This document shows positions 12,690 through 24,639 of a stretch of 55,927 nt of DNA, piece by piece. Within the stretch, counting starts at the first letter, position 1, and each line of letters begins with the position of its first letter. The stretch is from positions 9,807,627 to 9,863,553 of the forward strand of contig NC_057756.1 of the NCBI RefSeq assembly GCF_004010195.1, given 5' to 3'. Under the pieces are notes generated by a model, which saw only the letters and a program-made list of their open reading frames with translations, made no database searches and had not been told where the DNA came from. Both the position numbers and the translations under genes were made by a program. Source of the DNA: Chiloscyllium plagiosum. Taxonomy: Eukaryota.

Positions 12690-13486
12690 TGGGGCGGAGG
12701 AGTGGGCCTCCTTCTTCAAAGACAATCCAGATGGCCTCTCTCTTCAAAGACCGCAATTTCCCCCCAGACGTGATCGACGATGCTCTCCACCGCATCTCCT
12801 CCACTTCCCGCTCCTCCACCCTTGAACCCCGCCCCTCCAATCGCCACCAGGACAGAACCCCACTGGTCCTCACCTACCATCCCACCAACCTCCGGATACA
12901 TCGTAATCATCCAACGTCATTTCCGCCACCTCCAAACAGACCCCACCACCAAGGATATAGTTCCCTCCCCTCCCCTATCAGCGTTCTGGAANNNNNNNNN
13001 NNNNNNNNNNNNNNNNNNNNNNNNNNNNNNNNNNNNNNNNNNNNNNNNNNNNNNNNNNNNNNNNNNNNNNNNNNNNNNNNNNNNNNNNNNNNNNNNNNNN
13101 NNNNNNNNNNNNNNNNNNNNNNNNNNNNNNNNNNNNNNNNNNNNNNNNNNNNNNNNNNNNNNNNNNNNNNNNNNNNNNNNNNNNNNNNNNNNNNNNNNNN
13201 NNNNNNNNNNNNNNNNNNNNNNNNNNNNNNNNNNNNNNNNNNNNNNNNNNNNNNNNNNNNNNNNNNNNNNNNNNNNNNNNNNNNNNNNNNNNNNNNNNNN
13301 NNNNNNNNNNGCAATCTTCTTCCCGGCCTCTCCGCCCCCACCCCCTCTCCGGCCTATCACCTTCACCTTAACCTCCTTCCACCTAATACCCCTCCCCAAA
13401 GTCCCTCCTCCCTACCTTTTATCTTAGCCTGCTTGGCACACTTTCCTCATTCCTGAAGAAGGGCTCATACCCGAAATGCGATTCTC
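12690..13486 (+). mobile_element. Penelope-like element 3' part, spanning the 319-N gap at 12992-13310
   Basis: QMASLFKDRNFPPDVIDDALHRIS...RTPLVLTYHP; terminal cctgaagaagggctcatacccgaaa. Confidence 0.8.
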
Positions 13487-15412
13487 TTAAAGATCAGCAA
13501 AGCAGCCTTTGTGTGGAACTGCAGGAGATGGGAGAAATACCAAATGAATATTTGCATCAATGCTTACCGTAGAGAAGGATATGGAAGAAAGAGAATGTGG
13601 GGAAATAAATAGTGATATCTTGAAAAATGTCCACATTACAGTGGACGAGGTTCTAGACATCTTAAAATGCATAAAAGTGAATAAATCCTCCAGATCTGAT
13701 CAGGTGGACCCTGGAATTCTGTGGGAGGCTAGGGAAGTGATTGCTGGGCCCTTTCTGAGATATTTGTATCATCGATAGTCATAGGTGAGGTGCTGGAAGA
13801 CTGGAAGTTGGCTAACGTGGTGCTACTGTTTAAGAAAGATGATAAGGACAAACCAGGGAACTTTAGGCCGGTGAACCTGACATTGATGGTGAGAAAGTTG
13901 TTGGAGGAAAAACAAGATTTACATGTATTTTACAGCCTTTTGAGTGGAAAATGGTGTCTTTCAAATTTGATTGTTTTAAAGAGCAGTCACTTTATTAGGA
14001 GTTTTCTACAGGACCCCCAATAGCAAAAGAGAGACAAAGGAGCACACTGGGTGGCAGTGTTTGGAAAGGTGCCGACCAAACAGTCTGTGTTTATGCTGTA
14101 TATCTCTATGACTCTAAGTAACAGGGTTGTTGTCATGGGTGACTTCAATTTCCCTAATATTGATTGGAACCTCTGCCAGGTGTCAGAGCTCTCCCTGGGT
14201 GATAGTGATCACAACTCACATTTCAGTGATAGTGAGACCTTTACTATACTCATGAAAAGAGATAGGAGTAGATGGCATGGTTCATGATTTATTTGGGGAA
14301 GGGGAAATTACAACGCTATTAGGCAGGAACTGGGGCACCTAAATTGGGAACAGATGTTCTCAGGAAAATGCATGAAAGAAATGTGGAGGCTGTTTAGGGA
14401 GCACTTGCTGATAGTGCTGGACAGGTTTGTCCCACTGAGGCAAGGAAGGGATGTTAGGGTGAAGGAACCTTGGGTGACAAGGTATGTGGAAAATCTAGTC
14501 AGGAGGAAGAAGGAAGCTTATGTAAAGTTGAGGAGGCAAGGATCAGACAGGGCTTTCGAGGGTCACAAGATAGCCAGGAAGGAACTGAAGAATGGACATT
14601 GGACAGCTAGAAGGAGGCATGAAAAAGCTTTAGCGGATAGGATTAAGGAAAATCCCAACGCATTCTACACTTATGTGAGGAACAAGAGGATGGCCAGTGT
14701 GAGGATAGGGACGATCAGGGATAGTGGAGGGAACTTGCGCCTGGTGTCGGAGGAAGTATGGGGGGTCCTTAATGAATACTTGGCTTCAGTATTCACTACT
14801 GCGAGAGACCTTCTCAGTAGTGTTGCTGAGGACAGCGTGAAATGGACTGCTATGCTAGAACAGGTTGATGATATTAAGGAAGGTGTGCTGAAGATTTTGA
14901 AAAATGTAAGGATAGATAAATCCCTGGGCCAGATGGGATATACCCTGGGTAACTACAGGAAATGAGGGAAGAGATTACTGTGCTTTTGGTGATGATCTTT
15001 GCATCCTCGCTGTCCACTGGAATAGTGCCAGATGATTGGAGGGTGGCAAGTGTTATTCCCTTGTTCAAGAAAGGGAATAGGGATAATCCTGAGAATTACA
15101 ATCAGTCAGTCTTACATCTGTGTTGGGCAAAGTATTGGAGAGGATTCTGAGGGATAGGATTAATGATTACTTGGAAAACCATAGTTTGATTAGAAATAGT
15201 CATCATTGCTTTGTTAGGAGCAGGTCATGCCTTGCAAACCTTATTGAATTCTTTGAGGGTGTGACAAAGCACATTGATGAAGATAGAGCAGTGGATGTGG
15301 TGTAGATGGAATTTAGCAAGGCGTTCTCCATGGTAGGCTCATTCAGAAAGTAAGGAGGCATTGGTTACAGGGAAAGACGACAGTGAGATCTACAGATGCT
15401 GGAGATCAGAGT

Positions 15413-15607
15413 TGACAGTATGTTGCTGGGAAAGCACAGCAGATCAGACAGCATCCGAGAGCAGGAAAATCAACGTTTCGGGCTGTCGCCCTTCTTCAGG
15501 AATGGCCCTCTTCAGATTCCTGAAGAAGAGGTCCAGCCCACAACGTCAATTTTCCTGCTCTTCAGATGTTGCCTGATCTGCTGTGCTTTTCTAGCAATAT
15601 ACTGTCA
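15413..15607. mobile_element. Hairpin PLE-terminus element (arms ~15413-15503 and ~15516-15607)
   Basis: tgacagtatgttgct...cttcttcaggaat is the reverse complement of attcctgaagaag...agcaatatactgtca. Confidence 0.7.
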
Positions 15608-15640
15608 TGGGATCCAGGGAAACCTGTCTGTCTGGATCCA

Positions 15641-16140
15641 ACCTCATAGTCCCACAACCCCGCACCTCCCGCTTCTATCTCCTGCCCAAAATCCACAAAC
15701 CTGACTGCCCCGGCCGACCCATTGTCTCCGCCTGCTCCTGCCCCACCGAACTCATCTCTGCCTACCTTGACACCGTCCTGTCCCCCTTAGTCCAAGAATT
15801 CCCCACCTACGTTCGGGACACCACCCACGCCCTCCACCTGCTCCATGATTTTCGCTTCCCCGGTCCCCAACGCCTTATTTTCACCATGGACATCCAGTCC
15901 CTGTACACCTCCATCCCCCATCACGAAGGACTCAAAGCCCTCCGCTTCTTCCTTTCCCGCCGTACCGACCAGTACCCTTCCACTGACACCCTCCTTCGAC
16001 TGACTGAACTGGTCCTCACCCTGAACAACTTCTCTTTCCAATCCTCCCCTTCCTGAAGAAGGGCTAATGCCCGAAACGTCGATTCTCCTGTTCCCTAGAT
16101 GCTGCCTGACCTGCTGCGCTTCTCCAGCAACACATTTCCA
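15641..16140 (+). mobile_element. Internally deleted Penelope-like element (RT fragment fused to 3' terminus), 12-bp TSD
   Basis: RFYLLPKIHKPDCPGRPIVS...FTMDIQSLYTSIPH...LNNFSF. Perfect flanking direct repeat tgtctggatcca at 15629-15640 and 16141-16152. Confidence 0.85.
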
Positions 16141-16587
16141 TGTCTGGATCCAGGGTTGGTTGACCAATAGAAGACTAGATAGAATACTGGTTGGGCCACT
16201 TTTGGAATATCGTGTGCAATGCTGGTCTCCCTGTTATAGGAAGGGTGTTGTGAAACTTGAAAGGGCTCAGAAAAGATTGACAAGGATGTTGCTCACTGTC
16301 ACTCAGGCCGGATTTCAAACCATCCGATGGAATAATTAGCAGGAATTATTCAGAACATTGAACAATTTGATGAGTGTTGGACAAAGAGCTGGGTATTTCG
16401 GAGAGTTGCGGGAGGATGGAGGTTTTAGTTGAAGTAAAATGGTACTGGAATGTACACCTCCATCCCATTCTCAATGTGACCCTGGGGGGCGGGGGAATGG
16501 ATTCGTGACATCCCTGAGATCTGTCCCCTGGCCTGAGATTTCTATTTGGAGTGTTGTTGTCTCACTGAGACACAGCAGGAGGTTTGT

Positions 16588-16656
16588 TTCCGGGACCCAC
16601 CCAGCGCTGAGCCGATTCGGGGATTTCCAAAGCTGATACACTTAGTTTCACTTTCA
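16588..16656 (+). promoter_or_regulatory. Interferon/NF-kB-responsive promoter: GAS-like TTCCGGGAC (16588-16596), NF-kB GGGGATTTCC (16619-16628), ISRE AGTTTCACTTTC (16644-16655)
   Basis: Consensus matches clustered 40-105 bp upstream of the ATG of an IFI44-like gene. Confidence 0.75.
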
Positions 16657-16693
16657 CCAGTTCCTGAGTTTGAACTGCGCAGGGAGGTCGGAG

Positions 16694-16703
16694 ATGGGAA
16701 GCT
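16694..16703 (+). CDS. IFI44/IFI44L-like GTPase, coding exon 1 (M-G-S, phase 1)
   Basis: gagATGG Kozak context; ATG GGA AGC T|gtaaga donor; phase fits the next exon. Confidence 0.65.
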
Positions 16704-16799
16704 GTAAGATTAAAACTTTACACTCTTTCTGTGATCACAGTCCCGAATTTGAAAATATGTAATTTAAAATCTTCACTTTTCTCCTTCTATATTTTTCAG

Positions 16800-16845
16800 C
16801 TTATTCGAAGGAAGATGCTGTTCACAACCCAATTATCGACCAGCG
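16800..16845 (+). CDS. IFI44/IFI44L-like GTPase, coding exon 2 ((S)YSKEDAVHNPIIDQ(R))
   Basis: Strong polypyrimidine tract + tttcag acceptor and gtgagt donor; 46 bp, phase 1 to phase 2, in frame with both neighbours. Confidence 0.75.
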
Positions 16846-16952
16846 GTGAGTGGCCTTGATCAGGAAGTGAGCTTTAGGACTAGTCACCGTGAGACAGAAC
16901 CCTTTACTTCACCATGAGATCTCACTCTTCCCCTTCTTTCTGGGTTTGGCAG

Positions 16953-17157
16953 GAATCTGGAGTCGCTGAGGAACTACCTGCGCTCGTACAACCCTCCCAG
17001 AGAATGTGTGGGGGGTTATTTAAACATCTTGCTGTTTGGAATGGTGGGAGTTGGTAAATCATCCACCATTAACACATTCTTCTCCGTTCTGGACCCAGAA
17101 GGAAGGATGCTGAGCATTGTCCCAAGTGGGAACGACGATCGATCTTTTACATGCGAG
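16953..17157 (+). CDS. IFI44/IFI44L-like GTPase, coding exon 3 with Walker A (rest of gene lost in the gap)
   Basis: NLESLRNYLRSYNPPRECVGGYLNILLFGMVGVGKSSTINTFFSVLDPEGRMLSIVPSGNDDRSFTCE resembles the IFI44-family pattern LRTYEP...IRILLLGPxGxGKSSFFNSV. ag/gt boundaries present. Confidence 0.8.
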
Positions 17158-17893
17158 GTACCCTTTCCTGTTTTATCAATTAATTCGCAGAATGTGAACG
17201 TTAGTAAATGGGCATCTGGACAAAATGGGGCTTGTGAGGTTTCCTCACAGATTAGTTCTGAACTAACCATCTTAGTCTGGGGCACACTTGGTAAGAGATA
17301 TCCTTCCGTACAGGACATTGGTGATTGCTGACTGACTATTTATAATAACAGACACAATGTGGGAGTGCCGCACTGTCAGAGAGTCAGTGCTGANNNNNNN
17401 NNNNNNNNNNNNNNNNNNNNNNNNNNNNNNNNNNNNNNNNNNNNNNNNNNNNNNNNNNNNNNNNNNNNNNNNNNNNNNNNNNNNNNNNNNNNNNNNNNNN
17501 NNNNNNNNNNNNNNNNNNNNNNNNNNNNNNNNNNNNNNNNNNNNNNNNNNNNNNNNNNNNNNNNNNNNNNNNNNNNNNNNNNNNNNNNNNNNNNNNNNNN
17601 NNNNNNNNNNNNNNNNNNNNNNNNNNNNNNNNNNNNNNNNNNNNNNNNNNNNNNNNNNNNNNNNNNNNNNNNNNNNNNNNNNNNNNNNNNNNNNNNNNNN
17701 NNNNNNNNNNNNNNNNNNNNNNNNNNNNNNNNNNNNNNNNNNNNNNNNNNNNNNNNNNNNNNNNNNNNNNNNNNNNNNNNNNNNNNNNNNNNNNNNNNNN
17801 NNNNNNNNNNNNNNNNNNNNNNNNNNNNNNNNNNNNNNNNNNNNNNNNNNNNNNNNNNNNNNNNNNNNNNNNNNNNNNNNNNNNNNNNNNNNN

Positions 17894-18745
17894 TAATGAC
17901 AACTGCAGATGTTGGAAAATCAGAGTTGATTCTGTGTGGAGCTGGAAAAAGCACAGCAGGTCAAGCAGCATCACAGGAACAGGGAAGTCGATGTTTTTAT
18001 TTCGAGGACCCTTCTCCTGGACTGGGGAGAGGGCTGGGGGCTGAGAAATAAGTAGAGGAGGGGGTTGGGGTTTGAGGAAAGGTAAGTGGAATGGCGATAG
18101 CTGGATGCTGGTAGGAGACAATGTGATAGGTTAGTGAGAAGAGTGGAGCGGAGAGATGTGAAGGAAAGAGAACATGTAGGTCAGATCAAGGAGTTGAGGT
18201 GGTGAGGGAGAGCTGGACCGAGGATGAGGTGGGGGTGGCGAGTTTTAGAAACCAGTGAATTCTTTGTTGATGTCATATGGTTATAAGTTCCTGAGACAGA
18301 CGGACATTTCATTGGGGAGTGGAACGGGGAGTTGAAATGGCAGGCGACCAGACGTATGATTGATTGGAGTGTATGGACCATAGATGTTTCCCTGAACCGT
18401 TCCCCGGGTTTGAGCTGAGTCCGATATGGTCTCCTCTATATCAGGAGCAACAGATGCGATAAATCAGGCTAGAGGAAATACAGGTGAATCTCTGTTAGAC
18501 TTAAATTATTCCTTGGAGCCTTGGATGGAGGTAAGAGAGGAGGTATGGGGGCAGGCGTTGCACCTCCTGCGGCTGTAGGGAAAGGTGATGGGAGTGGAGG
18601 GGAGGTTGGTGGGAAGTGTGGATCTAACAAGGAGGGAATGGTCTCTACAGAAAGTGGATAGGGGCAAGGAAGGAAGTATCTTTTTAGTGGTGGGGTCATA
18701 TTGTAGGTGGTGAAAATGATGGAGGATGATGCATTGGATTTCGAG
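17894..18745 (-). mobile_element. Decayed Penelope-like fragment
   Basis: IILHHFHHLQYDPTTKKILPSLPLSTF...RCNACPH and VACHFNS motifs; PLE terminal sequence at ~17900-18020. Confidence 0.75.
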
Positions 18746-19560
18746 GCACTGATTGGTGAATTGTGGCCCATTGTTTGAGATGACTACATCTGGAATTCTC
18801 CACATGGAAAGTTTGTTTTCAAAGATGTTAATTGCTTACAAAGTGGAATGAGTAAGCTGCTGCATCTAAATCTATCGTGAGTAACCATTGACCAGAGTGA
18901 GAAATGCTGTCCTACAAAATTCAATTAGATCAATGTCAAAGTTTTCCCATGGTTGATCTGAAAAGGAGAGCAGCACAGGTCCTTCCGCTTTTGTTTATGT
19001 TCCCCATGTTACCATATAGGTTGCTGTATCCTGACCTGGCACCTGGAACTAACTAGACTCTGTTTCGTCTCTGAGTGATGACCAGAGGGAGGGCTCATTG
19101 GAAAACAGATTTCTTGTTGTATATTATTGATAGTACTGGCGTAACTGCATTGTTCAAAGTACTGCCACTAAACAGGGTTACTGGTGATATACTTTGGCCA
19201 GCTATTAAAACAGCATCAGAAAATTTGCTTTGATTCTTCATCACACAATGGACACACACAAACTTTCTGCAATATCTTTATTATAGTTGGGAAATAGTCT
19301 TTTCAGCCTTAAGCATTCATTTTCACTTTTAATGTTCCACATCTCTGGGCAGTTGAGGATTGTCAGAAGCAGTTCCATGTTTCTGTTGCACATATTCCTG
19401 ATTATTTCTTTCATAATCATGCCGTACCACATTAGTTGCAATCTTGTAGTTCTGATGCACATCTTCTGCAAGTTCCTTTGTGTTCAGTAAAGTCACCAAT
19501 CAGTCTCAATCGTAACCTATAGATCTAAGTTGTAGGTGCAGAATTTCTTGTGTTTATTCA
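18746..19560 (-). mobile_element. Gypsy/Ty3 LTR-retrotransposon integrase remnant
   Basis: Minus-strand DQPWENFDIDLIEF...LVNGYSR...WRIPDVVISNNGPQF matches the Gypsy integrase core (GIPxxxxSDNGPQF). Confidence 0.7.
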
Positions 19561-19919
19561 TTTATTTTGTCCTGAATATTTACAGCATAAATGAGTTATT
19601 AATTTTGTATTTTGAACATATTTCCCCCCTTGACTGATTTGCTGAAGTTTTTTTTTAATGTGCATACATTCTGTCCTACTCTGGGTATCATTATCAAAAT
19701 AGTATTCTGTTCTCCAGCCTTAGCTGTTTGATTTGACAGGACACTGATCCCAGCATGGTACAGCTGAAGCCTGTCCCACTGGAACAACTTCCTTCTACCC
19801 CAGCACTGGAACCAATGCATCATGAGCTCAAAATCTTGCAAACCAGGGTCGTTTTTCAACCATGCATTTTACATCTTAACTCTATTTACCCTATGCAAAT
19901 TTGCCTATAGCTCAGGCAG

Positions 19920-20522
19920 TGAGAATGCATTAGGGTATGAGCAGGCAAGGAAAGAGTTAAGTTATGAGTTTTGTGAAACGGGGTTCAGGCGAGCATGACT
20001 CAGGTCAGATAAGAACATACAGTTAACAATAGGGTGCGAAGCACGACCGCACTTAGGTGGTAGTGTGGGGGTTAAAAAAAGAAAAAAAAACAATAGGGTG
20101 CTAGAGGCAAGGGTAATGGGTTAACAAGGTGGAAAAGCATTCATTTAACAATATTGGAAGCATTCATCATGTAAGGTAAACTAACAAGTGGAAAATTGTC
20201 CATTGTATTAATCCAGTTAACAAGGTTAAGAACATTCATTGTATGACAGTGGGGGGCTTAGTCTCTACTATCAACGCTCATTGATTGTAATGGTCAACCA
20301 ATTAATATATATGTTGCCTGATCTGGATGTTCCTCCCTGTAAAATGACTATATAGTTCATTGAGAAACTGCTGTTCCAGAGAAGACCAGGAACACCTGTC
20401 CCTGTGCACATGGGCGATCATTCTATCTCCTTCCAGGGCCTGGAATAAAGATGAAGGAGGTAACACTATACTGTGTCTTAGAGCGTTTTGCTTCGACTGA
20501 GAGAGGAAACAGGACGACGATA
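19920..20522 (+). mobile_element. Solo LTR with 4-bp TSD (gcag) inside an old minus-strand CR1 ORF1
   Basis: Starts with TG; TATA-like ctatata and aataaa inside; gcag at 19916-19919 and 20523-20526; diverged second copy at ~22389-22690. Confidence 0.6.
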
Positions 20523-20849
20523 GCAGGATTTTAAAGATGCTTAGCTTGCACGTTCTGCTTTGTAATTTACCTCATGTGATACAATGTCAACAGTTCTTCG
20601 GGTCAGAACTGAAGTTCCTTGCTCTACAGCAATGACTCCACATGTGTTCCTCTGTATCACCTTAGTGCACCACAGTGCTCACATACTGCAGCAACAACAC
20701 ATCTGTCCTTCTGTTACTCCAGTATTTCTTTAAATAAGGTAAAAAAATCTAGATCCCTAAACACAAACTGGAGACTTTATTTTTTACTTTAAAGGTTAGA
20801 TGTGTGTGTGAGTGCATGTGCAAGTGTGCGCGTGTGTGTATGGCAATTG

Positions 20850-23800
20850 CTTATTGATATTATATCTGGTCTAAAAATTCAGCACATGTTCTGGGGACCA
20901 AGGTTCAAATCCCACCACAGTAGAAGGTGGAAATTGAATTAAATAAATATCTTGAATAGGAAAGGAAATCTGTTGCTTTACCTGGTCTGGCCGACATGTG
21001 ACGCAATATCCGTAGCCATATAGTTAAGTATAAATTGCCCTCTGAAATGGCCAACAAGTCAGTCATTTGTATCAATTGACAAAAAGTCACATCAAAAATA
21101 TAAAACTGAAAGGGCTACCTGACCAATCCAGACATAGGAAACAATAACCATACAAAGAGCTCTATCAACCCTGCAAAGTTCTTACTAACATCTGGGGCTA
21201 GTGCCAAAATTGGGAGTGCTGACTCATCAACCAGTCAAGCAACAGCCATGCTCACGGAACTATACCGTGCAATGTTCCAGACACCACCATCGCTGGATAT
21301 GACCACCAGTGGACAGACCCAGCAGAGGTGGTAGCACAGTGGTATACCAGTTGGGAAGAAGTACTGGTGAATCCTCAACATTGATTCTGAACTTCATGAG
21401 ATCTCATATCATCAGGTCAAATATGGGCAAGGTAGTGTCCTATTGATTAATATATATCTCCCGTCCTTGGCTGATGAATCAGTACTCCTGCATGTTAAAC
21501 TACTCTTAGAGGAAGTACTGAGGTGGCAACAGTGCAAAATGCACTCTGGATGGGGGATTTCAGTGTGCACCATTAAAAGTGACTTGACAGCAGTACTACT
21601 GATCAAGTTGGGGATCAACCATGCTTCAATGGAGAGTGCAGGAGGGCATGTCAGGAACGGCACCAGACATACCTGAAAATGAGGTGTCAATGTAGTGAAG
21701 CTACAAAATGGACAAAACATCATGAACAGTAATTGACAGCCTTGAGTGATCCCTCAACCAACAGACCAGATCTGAGCTTTACAATCCTGCCAGATTCAAT
21801 TGTGAATGATGGTGCCCAATTAAATAACTGACTGGACAAGGAGCCTCTACAAATAATCCCATTCTCAATTATGAAAGAGACCAGCACATCCATGCGAAAG
21901 ATAAAAAGCCATCTTCAGCCAAAATGTCGAGAAGAAAATCCATCTCATCCTCTTCAGAAGTTCCCTGTATCACAGATACAATTTTCAGCCAGCCACTGTG
22001 GGTAAATCATCATTAGGTACCTTTGATTAGCTATTTATTAAGAAATCTCACCATTAAGTACAGAAACAATGATGTAGCAACCAAAATAAACACCCTCAAA
22101 TGAGCATGTTAAACCTCACAAATCAACTTGGCTATTACTCGATTAATGGTGGAATTTCAACCAACAATATCTGTCTCTGTTGTCTGTGGTTTAATTCTTG
22201 CACAGTGTTGTTCTTTGAAGTTCTGCTCCCGAGGAATGCTGAAGTTTGTGAAGTAACATTATTGATGATCTTTTAGATTTCTTTATCTACAATAGTGCAA
22301 GTCTGCAGTTTGCCTTATCAGAAGTAGTTTCCATGTTCTTTGTTACATCTGGCATTGTCTGTCTGTTTGAGGGCACAGCTTTCTTGTTGAGAAAGTGTAT
22401 AAGGTATGAACAAGTAGGGAAAGAGTTAAGTTTAAGGTTGCTTGACAAAGGCTCAGCTAGCATGACCAGATTAGAACTGGAGGCAAGGGTAGTGGTTTAA
22501 TGATAATGCCAGTTAATGAGGTGAAGAACATCCATTGTGAAATGCCAGATAATTTAATCTTTACTGTTGATACTCGCTGATTGTAATGGTCACCCAATCA
22601 ATATAGATTTTGCCTTATTTGGATTCTGCTCCCTGTAAGAAGCTATATAATTCATTAACAATCTGCTGTTTGAGAGAAGACAGAACTCATGTCTCTCTCT
22701 CTCACTCACTCACACACACACAAATGCATACACACACACGGCCAATTGCGTTCAATTCCTGCATAAGATTGTGCTTCTATTTAAGAGTTAATGTTGACTG
22801 CTCTGTCTGTCACAGTTTATCAATTCTTTCAAGTCACTAGCAATTAATAAAGTTCTGAAGTTTACACTAGTGCAATATGACATCAAGAAGCAGTTGGAGA
22901 TGCTAGGGCTTAAGGTCTTCACAACATTCCAGCGATAGTACTGAAGACTTATGCTCCAGAAATTGCCAGCTCCTCGCCAAGCTATTCCAGTACAGTTACA
23001 ACACCAACATTTAACCATCAATGTATACAGGACATAACTGGGCAAGTTTTCGTAGAAAGTAGCACAGATCCAATCCAATTACCGCCTCATCAATCTACTC
23101 TTAATTATCAGAAAAAAATGATAGAAGGTGTATCAAGCAACTCCTGCTTAACAATAATCTACTCACTGATGTCCACTTTGACTTCTGACAGAGCCATTAG
23201 CTCCTGACCTTATTTCAGATGTGGATCAAACATGGATAAAAGAACTGAATTTCTGAGGTGAGGTGAGAATGACAGCTCTTGATGTCAAGGCCAAATTTAA
23301 CAGAGTGTGGCATCAAGGAGCCCTAGCAAAACTGGAAGCAATGAGAAACAGGAGGAAAACTGTCTGCTGGTTGGAATCATACCTGGCATACAGGAAGATG
23401 GTTCTGGTTATCAGAGGTCACTCACGTCAGCTCCAGGACATCTCTGCAGGAATTCTTCAGAGTAGTGTCCTTGGCCCAATGATCTTCAGCTAATTTTATA
23501 AGTGATCTTCTATCCATCATAAGGTCAGAAGTAGAAATGTTTGCTGATTGCATAATGTTCAGTACCATTCACAACTCCTCAGATATTAAAGCAGTCCATA
23601 TTCAAATGCAACACGATCTGGACATTACTTGCCAGTTGTCAGCCCAAACTGGATAATGTTTGATCCACACAAATGCCAGACAATGACCATCTCCAACAAG
23701 AGAGAATCTAACCATCACCTCTTGACATTCATAAAATCATGAGAGACATGGATAAGGTAAATAGGCAAGTTCTTTTCCCCAGGGTTGGAGGAGTCCAAAC

Positions 23801-24330
23801 ACCAGAGGGCTTAAGTTTAAGGTGACAGGGTAAAGATTTAAAAGGAATCTTGTTCTCATACAGTGAGAAGTGAGCTGCCAGAGGAAGTAGTGGAGGCTGG
23901 TACAATTATAACATGTAAAAGATATTCAGATGGGTATATGAGTACAAAGGGTTTAGAGGGATATGGGCCAAGTGTTGGCAAATGGGACTAAATTAGGTTA
24001 GGATGTCTGGTTGGCATGGATGAGTTGGACTGAAGGGTCTGTTTCTGTGCTGTGTATCTCTTATGATTCCATGCAGTTTGAATATTGAATCTCCCATTCT
24101 CAAAATCCAAATCAGAAACTCAAGTAGACTTGCAATATAAATACAGTGGCTACACGAGCAGGTCAAAGACTGGGAATCTTGAAGTGAATAATTCACCCGC
24201 TGCCTTCCGAAAACTTCTCTACTATCATCAAAGTATGAGTCAGGATTGTGATGGAATATTCACCACTTACCTGGATGAGTGCAGCTTCAAAAACACTCGA
24301 AGCTTGAATCTATCAGGCAGCTGACACCGT
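20850..24330 (+). mobile_element. Old CR1/L2-type LINE remnants, interrupted by a second LTR copy (~22389-22690) and a CR1 3' piece (~23730-24070)
   Basis: NIWGxVPKLG, ALDVKAKFNRVWHQGALAKLE, QSSVLGPMIFS and MFAD motifs; heavily mutated. Confidence 0.65.
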
Positions 24331-24639
24331 CAATGCATTATCTGGGCCACCATGACACCAATTGTTAAAGTTCACTTGAGAATGTAACTTCTAAAAAAGT
24401 TTGCGATTTACAGAGGAAAGAACTGAAACCAACACGGTCATTTTAAAAGACGTGAGACTTAACAATCCAGGTCTTTTTCAATATATAATTTCAGTTACAT
24501 CACACTGTAAATATTTGCTATAAATTGGGTGTCTTACAATCTTATTCTCCACAATCACCTGATTAAGGAGCAGCGCTCCAAAAGCTAGTGCTTCCAACTA
24601 AACCTATTGGACTATTATCTGGTGTTGTGTGATTTCTAA

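Larger units (their letters stand above)
10030..13910 (+). mobile_element. Decayed CR1 LINE with several nested insertions
   Basis: ORF1 remnants (CSSCQIW, VIGD), APE remnants (VIWVELR, DGAKLDLLL) and RT remnants (DWKLANVVLLFKK..KPGNFRPV). Confidence 0.8.
14110..16292 (+). mobile_element. CR1 LINE ORF2 remnant with two PLE insertions
   Basis: VVVMGDFNFPNIDW, IKENPNAFYTYVRNKR, PDDWRVASVIPLFKKG, SCLANLIEFFE, LEYRVQCWSP..LERAQKR. Confidence 0.85.

Noticed and set aside
12509..13456. Long ORFs spanning N runs (also 17357-18121 and 34253-34999)
   Set aside because: Artefacts of translating through assembly gaps.
16052..16090. Active hammerhead at the terminus cctgaagaagggctaatgcccgaaacgtc
   Set aside because: Core and stem II are present, but I could not find a complementary stem I, so it is not called as a ribozyme.
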